Of a DNA stretch of 64,000 nucleotides, positions 56,610-63,844 are shown piece by piece (the first letter of the stretch is position 1; every line of letters starts with the position of its first letter). The notes beneath the pieces were generated by a model that was not told the origin of the DNA, searched no databases, and saw only the letters and a list, made by a program, of their open reading frames with translations. Source of the stretch: a virus (Duplodnaviria > Heunggongvirae > Uroviricota > Caudoviricetes); IMG/VR virus record IMGVR_UViG_3300040801_002879, positions 23,418 to 87,417 of that record; one strand, given 5' to 3'. The position numbers were made by a program, and so were the translations under genes.

Positions 56610-56665
56610 TATTTATATTATACCAGCTTGCCTAGAGAAGTCAAGCACTTTATGTTAACGTTTTG

Positions 56666-56911
56666 TTATTCCTCTACGTAATACTGAGTAGTAATTGTAA
56701 GCGTGCCTTCTTCCTCAATATGCTTTGCGATATGAGCAAGCGCATCTAAAGCAGGATTTTTTGATTTTACCCAAGCCTCATCTTTAACAGATGTTTCTAT
56801 AAAAGCTTCGCTTTCGGGAAATATATTAAGAGTATATTCTTCTCCCTCTTCGCCCAATGGTGCATAATTTTTCTGCGTAATTTTAATAAGACCTAAGTGT
56901 AGTTCTTTCAT
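56666..56911 (-). CDS. Hypothetical protein. Start adjusted to MKELHLG, which has an AAAGGAG RBS.
   Basis: The promoter -10 (56944-49) lies inside the longer ORF version. The internal ATG has a good Shine-Dalgarno. Confidence 0.5.
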   Translation of the reverse strand: MKELHLGLIKITQKNYAPLGEEGEEYTLNIFPESEAFIETSVKDEAWVKSKNPALDALAHIAKHIEEEGTLTITTQYYVEE

Positions 56912-56943
56912 CCGTAACTCCTTTGTTGTGGTTAACTGTAATA

Positions 56944-57005
56944 ATTGTACCACCTATCTATAGTATGTCAAGGGTGTTTTGAAGTTGTTAACAATCCGTT
57001 AACAT
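56944..57005 (-). promoter_or_regulatory. Promoter cassette (ATGTTAACGGATTGTTAACA, then TTGACA-16-TACAAT)
   Basis: The -35 is at 56966-71 and the -10 at 56944-49. Confidence 0.6.
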
Positions 57006-57103
57006 TCGCCAGGAATAAGATAAATAAGACCTAATTACTCCAATTTACGGAGCTCCAAATCGGACAATTACAGTCAGAATTATCCGATTTAGATTTCGTA
57101 TAG

Positions 57104-57838
57104 TTATTTCATTATCTGCTCCTTTACAAAGTCCATGGTGCGGGTTTCCAATTCCTTTTGTAAAATTCTATCAGGCTCTTGTGCTTTGAAAAAAGCCTCA
57201 ACCTGCTCAAACTTGCGCTTGTGCCAATCATCAATCAAAGATAAGAATACAGCTAATTCTACCTCATTATTCTTAATCTTCATTAACATCCTTCTAAAGC
57301 GTGAGTCACTCTCAAACCAAAACGCCTCATTCATAGGCATACCGCTTGCCACTCGCTCCGCTAATAATAAAACTCTCAAAGCGTGGTGAGCATCCTTAGT
57401 ATCATAACCAAACTCATCAACAATAGGTTGAGTCTTTGCAGTACCTTTGTATAAGGTGCTCATTTTTTCTCGGTGCATCCCCAAGCAAGCAAACCCAAAG
57501 GAGCGCAAATGAATTTTTGAAATTCTATCAGCATTTTCTTTCAACCAAATAGGAAACCCACCAATACCACCATGAAACTTAGTTGAGAATAAAACCTCAA
57601 CAAAATTTGGATTAGCTTTCCATAACAAGTGAGATAATTGTCGGATGTCATGTACCGTATAATCAAACTCATCGGACTGCTTGCCATTAGAGAACATCCT
57701 ACCCTTGTATAAGTCCTCAAACGTGGGAGCAACAAAGAACTTCCAGTCCTCATCACTCGCAGGCGTGTTTAGATTATAGTTATGCGACCCTGTTAATGCT
57801 TGAATTATAACTCGTCTACCACCAAATCGTTCTGTCAT
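57104..57838 (-). CDS. Pol-beta-superfamily nucleotidyltransferase (RlaP/DUF-type, about 245 aa)
   Basis: The N-terminal motif ALTGSHNYNLNTPASDEDW fits hG[GS]x9-13Dx[DE] of minimal nucleotidyltransferases. The size fits stand-alone nucleotidyltransferases. Confidence 0.6.
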   Translation of the reverse strand: MTERFGGRRVIIQALTGSHNYNLNTPASDEDWKFFVAPTFEDLYKGRMFSNGKQSDEFDYTVHDIRQLSHLLWKANPNFVEVLFSTKFHGGIGGFPIWLKENADRISKIHLRSFGFACLGMHREKMSTLYKGTAKTQPIVDEFGYDTKDAHHALRVLLLAERVASGMPMNEAFWFESDSRFRRMLMKIKNNEVELAVFLSLIDDWHKRKFEQVEAFFKAQEPDRILQKELETRTMDFVKEQIMK

Positions 57839-57839
57839 T

Positions 57840-58046
57840 TTAGTCCTCTTTCAAGTGTTCAATTTTAGCTTTGATTATGTTCAGCGCATCCTCACGACCC
57901 GCCCAATACAATTCTGCATCACCACCACCGCAAGCGTCAAAGTTGCTCTTAGCGATTGTAATATCTCGGTCAATTGCTTTCAAAATCTCGTCTACTGTCA
58001 TGTTTATCTCCTTTAGTTGATTAGTTATATTATACCATCTTGCCAC
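57840..58046 (-). CDS. Hypothetical protein
   Basis: It is 68 aa and starts 2 nt after the upstream stop. Confidence 0.45.
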   Translation of the reverse strand: MARWYNITNQLKEINMTVDEILKAIDRDITIAKSNFDACGGGDAELYWAGREDALNIIKAKIEHLKED

Positions 58047-58156
58047 AAGAAGTCAAGGGTAAATCCCAAATCTGATAAATCGGATAAGATTTGTCTGAAT
58101 TGGAGCTCCGCAATTCGGACAATTCCCCTCTTATTTGTCCTATTTGCGGGCTGTGC

Positions 58157-58432
58157 TTACACATCTAAGGCTCGTACAACCTCTATCAAAGCATAGTCAT
58201 AGCAGTCATCCACATAGACCACATTAACCCGACTGGTAAACCATCGCCCAGGACCATTACTACCAGCAGGAACATGCCCTGTAGTATACATAAACAGCTC
58301 TCTAACATCTTCTTTGTCCTCTGGCAAAGGACCATCACATCTATCCTCTGCTACCATTCTAAAGAGGTTTACGCCTACATCTTGGTGTAATAAATAACCG
58401 CCAACCTTCTCAATCCTTACCTGTATATCCAT
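58157..58432 (-). CDS. Hypothetical protein
   Basis: It is 91 aa. Confidence 0.45.
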   Translation of the reverse strand: MDIQVRIEKVGGYLLHQDVGVNLFRMVAEDRCDGPLPEDKEDVRELFMYTTGHVPAGSNGPGRWFTSRVNVVYVDDCYDYALIEVVRALDV

Positions 58433-58683
58433 TAGTCACTCCACTCCATTCTATCATAAAATGCGCCAGCGTTCATTTCCATGGCTTGCTCTAGTACATC
58501 CATATCCTCATCACCAAATAACTCACGTTCTGCCTCTGCTACTTCCTCATCGGTGCAGTAGCTGTGACTTCCACACTCAGGGCACTTGCCTTCGTAGACT
58601 TCCTCTACGTACTGCGTGCCACAAGCGTTACAATAAACCCAATTGACTTCCACTAAATCGCCATTCCAATTTCGTACTGCCAT
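58432..58683 (-). CDS. Zinc-ribbon protein
   Basis: It carries CNACGT...CPECGS motifs. Confidence 0.45.
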   Translation of the reverse strand: MAVRNWNGDLVEVNWVYCNACGTQYVEEVYEGKCPECGSHSYCTDEEVAEAERELFGDEDMDVLEQAMEMNAGAFYDRMEWSD

Positions 58684-58945
58684 TTTGTCTCCTTAGACTG
58701 TTTGATTGATGTATATATTATAAGCTGCGGGAGCCAGAAGGTCAAGCGATTTTCGGCATCGTTAACAAATCGTTAACATTCGCCTGCGCCTGTCCCTGAG
58801 TCTAAATATGGATAAATCAGACCAGGTTTATCCGATTTCGGAGCTCCGCTAATCGGACTAATCAGGTCCAATTAGTCCAATAAGCCGAGCAAGCCAGCAA
58901 TCAGGATGCCTAAGCCAAACAGTATCATCATGCCTACGACTGCCA

Positions 58946-59124
58946 CTATTCCACCTCTCGCTCTTCAATAATCATCACGCTACGAGCCATGGGGCGCACA
59001 TTATCCAAAGCTTCTACAACCTCAATCTTGCGCTTTTCCTCTTCGGCACGCTCTCTGGTGGCAAAGACTCGCACTTCCCTTGCCCTGTCCTCTCTCTCAA
59101 ACATTATAAATACTTTACCAGTCA
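58946..59124 (-). CDS. Hypothetical Arg/Glu-rich protein. Start adjusted to MTGKVF.
   Basis: The longer version is Met-rich and overlaps the upstream gene by 60 nt. Confidence 0.4.
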
Positions 59125-59321
59125 TCATCATCCTCATCTTCCCAATCGTCATCCCAATCGTCATCACCAATATCAATGTCGCCTAAGCCAAACTCAGCGA
59201 GCTTGCGGTCAATTTCTTCCTCATCCTCATAAAACAGGTCTTCCATCATGTCATTAAATTCCTGTTCTTCTGCCCACATATCAGCTTCTGCATCAAATTC
59301 ATCTGCGTAAAAATCACTCAT
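59115..59321 (-). CDS. Highly acidic Asp/Trp-rich protein
   Basis: It is 68 aa with a C-terminal DDDWDDDWEDEDDDDW. Confidence 0.45.
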   Translation of the reverse strand: MSDFYADEFDAEADMWAEEQEFNDMMEDLFYEDEEEIDRKLAEFGLGDIDIGDDDWDDDWEDEDDDDW

Positions 59322-59784
59322 TGTTTTCTCCTGTAGTCTAAGTTTGTACTTACAATTATACTCAATTTCGCCAGCTTGTCAAGGGTTATCTGGAAAGTCG
59401 TCTTAGTTCCTTCCACATCAGCCCGAACATGAGTGAAAGAATGATTGTACCTACATTCCACACGCCACCTTGGATATAGCTTGCAATCGCTTGAACGGTT
59501 TCAATAATCAGGTTTTCCATCTCGTTTCCTCTCGTGTAGTTGACTGTATATATTATACACCCCTGCCCCTGCCCTTGTCAATAGCAAATTCCAGTTGTTA
59601 ACATAACGTTAACATTCAATTCGGACAATTCGGATAAGAATACTCCGATTTCGGAGCTCCCTAAAGTGGACAATTTAGGTCCAATTTGTCTTATTACATT
59701 TGTCATATCCTGGGTATAACATTCTGCTTGACACAGGAGCTGGCGTATGGTAATATTATTATATCAACAGAACAGGAGAAAATT

Positions 59785-60054
59785 ATGAGCACAGTTTATT
59801 TCCAGAACGCACAGGGCAACTTTGAAATTGACTTATACCATGACTGGGTAGATGAGGTTACAGGGGTTGAAGATGTGAACATCCTGAGCCTGTCAGAAGA
59901 TGCTCAAGAGTACGTACAACGTTTGCAAAACCTTGGCGGTGACGTAGAAGCTCAACACTCAGACGGTGATAAAATCTTATGCGAGCTATTAACAAAGCTT
60001 GGATATGGTGCAGTGGTGGAAGAATGGGAAAAATTACATCGGTGGTATTCTTAA
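59785..60054 (+). CDS. Hypothetical protein. Start at MSTVYFQ with an AGGAG RBS; the ORF track extends upstream from a TTG.
   Basis: A TTGACA-17-TAATAT promoter lies at 59728-59756. The Shine-Dalgarno is 7 nt before the ATG. Confidence 0.5.
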   Translation: MSTVYFQNAQGNFEIDLYHDWVDEVTGVEDVNILSLSEDAQEYVQRLQNLGGDVEAQHSDGDKILCELLTKLGYGAVVEEWEKLHRWYS

Positions 60055-60105
60055 CAATCTGTTAACATAAAATCGCTTGACTTCTCACTGGCAATCGCTT
60101 ATAAT
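60050..60105 (+). promoter_or_regulatory. Promoter cassette: TTAACAATCTGTTAACAT direct repeat, then TTGACT-17-TATAAT, then conserved leader
   Basis: TTGACT is at 60077-82 and TATAAT at 60100-05. The GTTAACA direct repeat is immediately upstream and overlaps the stop codon of the preceding gene. Confidence 0.75.
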
Positions 60106-60138
60106 ATATATAGTCAACTAGTCAAACAGGAGTTTGAA

Positions 60139-60402
60139 ATGAACGAAACATTTGGAATTACATACGAAATTAAAAATCCAGTTCCTTGGCAACCAAACAA
60201 AACGGTGCGAGTGAAAGATACAGGCTTTACAACGATGCACGATGCTAGCTCACGAGCTGGTAAGGAAATCCAGAAACCTTTCATCCAGTCGGTATGCTCC
60301 TACCAGCGTACAGGAAAAAATGCTGGTGCAATCGGTGTGTATCTGGCAAAGGATAGCCAAGGGCACGTGGTCAAGCGTGAGTACAATCCCTCACGTTCTT
60401 AA
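60139..60402 (+). CDS. Hypothetical protein
   Basis: It is 87 aa, with a consensus promoter cassette at 60050-60105 and the conserved AGTCAACTAGTCAA leader. Confidence 0.55.
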   Translation: MNETFGITYEIKNPVPWQPNKTVRVKDTGFTTMHDASSRAGKEIQKPFIQSVCSYQRTGKNAGAIGVYLAKDSQGHVVKREYNPSRS

Positions 60403-60404
60403 CA

Positions 60405-60452
60405 AAACGTTAACATTATAGGCTTGACTTTCAGGGGGAGATAGCCTATAAT
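60405..60452 (+). promoter_or_regulatory. Promoter cassette (GTTAACA repeat, then TTGACT-17-TATAAT)
   Basis: TTGACT is at 60424-29 and TATAAT at 60447-52. Confidence 0.75.
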
Positions 60453-60482
60453 ATAAGTACAGTCAACTAGTCAAGGAATTTT

Positions 60483-60740
60483 ATGAACACACGAACAGCT
60501 TATAAATTTGAAAATAAAGAATATACCACATGGGACAGCCTGTGTGAGGCAGTCGCTGAGGCACATCCTGAGCTATTGGATGATAGCATGGTAGATTTTA
60601 TCGAGTCAGAAGTTGAGGAAATCGAATATACAGCTTGCTATGCTTGCGGAGATTTTATCCCCAACACTGCACCCCCATTCCTCAAAGAAAAGGGTTGTTG
60701 CTCATGGCGTTGTATACAGGATTTGTACGATTATTCTTAA
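60483..60740 (+). CDS. Hypothetical Cys-containing protein
   Basis: It is 85 aa with CYACGD...CCSWRC motifs, and a consensus promoter cassette at 60405-60452. Confidence 0.55.
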   Translation: MNTRTAYKFENKEYTTWDSLCEAVAEAHPELLDDSMVDFIESEVEEIEYTACYACGDFIPNTAPPFLKEKGCCSWRCIQDLYDYS

Positions 60741-60790
60741 CAAATCGTTAACATTAGCCCCTTGACTTTTCAGAGCTAAGGGTCTATAAT
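60740..60790 (+). promoter_or_regulatory. Promoter cassette (GTTAACA repeat, then TTGACT-17-TATAAT)
   Basis: TTGACT is at 60762-67 and TATAAT at 60785-90. Confidence 0.75.
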
Positions 60791-60825
60791 ATATATACAG
60801 TCAAACAACAACCAAGGAGCAAAAA

Positions 60826-61062
60826 ATGACATTCGATAATAATTTTTCAGCAGACACCTTAGACGCAAAAGCCGACCAGTGGCAGGAACAGCAGGAAGTT
60901 TTAGCAGAACTGGCAGAAGTGACACGCATTGAGGAAAGCCTCAACGTTTCATTTGAGCAGGCGTTAGAAATTCGCAAAGACGCTTTACAGTCGGCAATCG
61001 ACAACACCAAGAGCGAGTTTGTACGCTCCGACCTTCAAGCAAAATTGGCATTATTAAGCTAA
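60826..61062 (+). CDS. Hypothetical coiled-coil protein
   Basis: It is 78 aa, with a consensus promoter cassette at 60740-60790. It is followed by a terminator. Confidence 0.55.
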   Translation: MTFDNNFSADTLDAKADQWQEQQEVLAELAEVTRIEESLNVSFEQALEIRKDALQSAIDNTKSEFVRSDLQAKLALLS

Positions 61063-61075
61063 ATCAGATAAGATT

Positions 61076-61108
61076 AGTCCAGATTGAGGGTCTGGACTTT
61101 TCTTTTGT
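61076..61108 (+). terminator. Rho-independent terminator (AGTCCAG-attgagggt-CTGGACT followed by TTTTCTTTTG)
   Basis: It has a 7-bp perfect stem, a 9-nt loop and a T-rich tail, at the end of the + strand island. Confidence 0.65.
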
Positions 61109-61154
61109 GGATAAATTGGATATAAAAGGTAGGAATTGTCCACTTCTCCCGAAA

Positions 61155-61232
61155 ATTAAGCCTCGTTTCGCATAGTCATTCTCCCGAAAATTTAAGGCGA
61201 TTTCGCATAGTCAGCGTTTCGTATAGCCAGTA
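61155..61232 (-). repeat. Tandem copies of the bipartite motif (GACTATGCGAAA-N10-TTTTCGGGAGAA, two copies, plus CTATACGAAA)
   Basis: A roughly 35-bp unit is duplicated in tandem and is related to the array at 50305-50430. Confidence 0.6.
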
Positions 61233-61741
61233 GCCTGGGTCCAGGCAACCGTAAATCGGATAAATAAGACCTTTTTTGTCCGAATTGCGGAGCTCCCTAA
61301 ATATGACAAATAGGGTCCAATTAGTCCAAATATAGACTATAAAAAAAGAGCCTTACAGCTCTTTCCTTACTTGAACTCGGATGCCATCGAGAGGTTGGCG
61401 TTCCGCTTGCTTCACTTTCTCGATAGCTTCCTCTTTACTCTCGGCTTCTACGAGCATCTGGTGTCGCCCACCGCCTGACATTGTGTAATATTGTACCTCA
61501 TATAATTTCATTATTTCACCTCGATTGTTGCAAAGATTTTATTTACTGTGTCCTGTACTAGCTTGTCCATTTCACCTGCATCCCCTGTTGCTGAATACTC
61601 GATTATTCCATAATAGTCGTCCCCAAATTTTTCTACTATTTCCATTACCTTGTTTCGTTTCTCTTCTTGTGTCATTTTAAGTCCTTTTCTTGATAAGTTG
61701 ATTTAATATTACCTGATTTTATCGGGGATGTCAAACCCCAA

Positions 61742-62227
61742 TTATTTGGAATTGTGACGCTTGACATACTCGATACGGATTTTAGCCTCAATGGGAGCTC
61801 GCCCCTTATTCTGCCGACCATATCCACAAAACCATAACTCGATTTCCTCACCGAAGTAATCGGATAAAAATTGTCTTAATTCTTCCTCATCCTCGATACC
61901 GTCTACCATCTCGTTCATTTCAGCGGGAAGAGCAATAATTTTCAAATCCCCACCCTCGCAGATGATGAAGTTGTCCATCTCGATGTAGTCGCTAGCAGAT
62001 GTTCCGAAATGGCAAGACTGCCAATCCCAATCAAAGCTAAAATTCGATGGCATCCAAATTTCAGCGAGTAGACCACGATTTAAGTACCGAGCACCTGTTC
62101 GCATTGCGCTTTCATCTTGAATATCGCAAACAATAACCGAACCGCCCATAGCCTCAATTTCAGCGACTGTCATATTTTTGGTAAATTGGACTTTTTTGGT
62201 CTTATTCATCGAGTAGCTCCCTTGCAT
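61742..62227 (-). CDS. Hypothetical protein
   Basis: It is 161 aa. A dense GTTAAYA repeat array lies directly upstream (62280-62340). Confidence 0.5.
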   Translation of the reverse strand: MQGSYSMNKTKKVQFTKNMTVAEIEAMGGSVIVCDIQDESAMRTGARYLNRGLLAEIWMPSNFSFDWDWQSCHFGTSASDYIEMDNFIICEGGDLKIIALPAEMNEMVDGIEDEEELRQFLSDYFGEEIELWFCGYGRQNKGRAPIEAKIRIEYVKRHNSK

Positions 62228-62524
62228 GTGTTAAATATCTGACTGTCTTAATGATAGCACGCCAATATTAACAGAGTATTAACAGCATGTTAAATCTTTT
62301 GACCAATTTTGTTAACATTATTAACAATCTGTTAATATTCTAATTCAGACCTTCTTTGTCCTATTTGTATATGGTTTGTATAACGTGCCAGGAACGATTG
62401 CTGCTCAGTAATTATGGACTATTCGGACCTTTTTTGTCCGATTACTCCCTTGTTGGGCGTTGTACAAAGGTTATACAGCTGACGCGGCTAGCCTCTCGTA
62501 AATTTTTCCCCCAAAATTTTTACC

Positions 62525-62845
62525 CTATTGATGCCCTTCTTCCATATCACCATCAGAGAAGTGCTTCATCGCTTCCCCGACCCCTGATACTCCCTCAAAG
62601 TCATACATCCCCCCAATTCGTACCAAGTCATCCCCCAACTTTTCTTTCAAACAGTGCTGGCATATATCGCATCTATACTGGTCTCCATCCCCAAACACTG
62701 AGCCAAACCCGCCAGTAAAGGCTATATGAGTAAACTCCTGTGTTTCCAACCAGTCCTCTTCATTATCATACTCTTTGCCACAAACGTCACAGACTATAGA
62801 TACGCATTTATTTGTTGTTCTGGTAATTTCGATATATTTTCTCAT
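62525..62845 (-). CDS. Zinc-finger protein
   Basis: It carries CDVCGKEY...CDICQHC motifs. Confidence 0.5.
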   Translation of the reverse strand: MRKYIEITRTTNKCVSIVCDVCGKEYDNEEDWLETQEFTHIAFTGGFGSVFGDGDQYRCDICQHCLKEKLGDDLVRIGGMYDFEGVSGVGEAMKHFSDGDMEEGHQ

Positions 62846-63105
62846 TATTCCTCAATATTCGGTGGCTCAGGAATATATATCCAGCACAGTACTTGTTCTA
62901 GGGTAAGGTATTCTAAGATTGAGAGCCAAGCGCAGAAAAGCTCTTCTTCTGGTTCATACCAGCCTATACTTACTCGGTTTGATTCTTTGTCAACAAATGC
63001 TATGAGTGCAAGGTCGTCTTCTGGTACTGCATCTTTTACAAATGTCCAGCCTTCTACTAATTCTTCTTCCCCACAATTGGGGCAAATATACTTAGTCATT
63101 AGCAC
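62845..63105 (-). CDS. Zinc-ribbon protein
   Basis: It carries a CPNCGEE motif. Its stop and the downstream start overlap. Confidence 0.45.
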   Translation of the reverse strand: MLMTKYICPNCGEEELVEGWTFVKDAVPEDDLALIAFVDKESNRVSIGWYEPEEELFCAWLSILEYLTLEQVLCWIYIPEPPNIEE

Positions 63106-63238
63106 CCTCTCACAATTGCTGTTCCAAAAAGAAACATAAGGAATAAGAAAAACACAAAGCCAGCAAGACTTCCTTCTTCAATAGAATCGCACATAAACTT
63201 AAACCAGAAACCAAAGCTAACTAATAAAATTATCGTAA

Positions 63239-63457
63239 CTACCATTTTACTATCCTCATTTCTTTTTGATTAGGGAACATAGGCAATAACTCTAAATGTA
63301 AATCTACAAGCTGTTCGCAAATAAATAACTCGAAAGTTTCAGGCTCTTTGCCAAGCACTGCTCGTAGCAAATCCCGAAACCTGATATATAATACGATTGA
63401 TTCGCCTGATTTTTTGTTGGATGATAATACTAGTTTCATTCTTCCTTCTTTCCCCAA
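63239..63457 (-). CDS. Hypothetical protein
   Basis: It is 72 aa. Confidence 0.45.
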   Translation of the reverse strand: MGKEGRMKLVLSSNKKSGESIVLYIRFRDLLRAVLGKEPETFELFICEQLVDLHLELLPMFPNQKEMRIVKW

Positions 63458-63681
63458 TCAGGCTGTCTTGCTTTTTCTACTACTAGATTAAGCCAATGAA
63501 GACAGAAAGCGGTGAGTTCATCCTCTGGCACTGTAATAAAATTTTCAGTCCAGTAATCAACCAGTTCAACCTGCTCACCATCATAAACTGTCAACTCTTC
63601 TGTACTCCAAATACAATCTTCTCGTATAGCTTTTATCTGTTTTCCCATACTATTCCTCTTTCCACATCGGATTAGGCACAT
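63436..63681 (-). CDS. Hypothetical protein
   Basis: It is 81 aa. Confidence 0.45.
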   Translation of the reverse strand: MCLIRCGKRNSMGKQIKAIREDCIWSTEELTVYDGEQVELVDYWTENFITVPEDELTAFCLHWLNLVVEKARQPDWGKKEE

Positions 63682-63844
63682 CGCCTAGATGAATATGATG
63701 TATTTCTTTTTCTAATTCTTTGAGAGCCAGTTCTAAGTGCTTTTGAGCCTTTCGGCAACCTTTGCCTTCTAAGTCCTTCAAACGACTTATTTCCCAAGAA
63801 ACATTAGTATAACAGTAGCGTAATTGGCGTTCTTTTTGGTTCAT
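63650..63844 (-). CDS. Hypothetical protein
   Basis: It is 64 aa. Confidence 0.45.
   Translation of the reverse strand: MNQKERQLRYCYTNVSWEISRLKDLEGKGCRKAQKHLELALKELEKEIHHIHLGDVPNPMWKEE

Larger units (their letters stand above)
50400..61330. repeat. Dispersed palindromic repeat family (11 copies, GGAGCTCC cores). Consensus: gacc(a/t)gNttatccgatttgc-GGAGCTCC-gcaaatcggacNattaggtcc.
   Basis: The GGAGCTCC cores are at 50440, 51864, 53638, 54861, 55202, 55886, 57049, 58103, 58840, 59653 and 61289. All copies are intergenic, 30 to 80 bp long and internally palindromic. Confidence 0.75.

Noticed and set aside
22061-59321. Integrase or attP (a temperate lifestyle) associated with the tRNA and tRNA-like genes
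   Set aside because: No tyrosine or serine recombinase motif was seen in any ORF of the window. The tRNA-like elements are therefore not called attP sites.
50400-61330. GGAGCTCC repeats as a possible CRISPR array
   Set aside because: The repeats are long imperfect palindromes with variable length. Spacing is irregular at 0.3 to 1.7 kb, with genes between copies. There are no cas genes. This does not fit CRISPR repeat-spacer architecture.
62356-63139. Two + strand ORFs (62356..62718, 62726..63139) opposite the - strand zinc-finger genes
   Set aside because: Their Ser/Pro/Leu-rich low-complexity products overlap better-supported - strand genes that carry CxxC motifs and coupled start/stop junctions.
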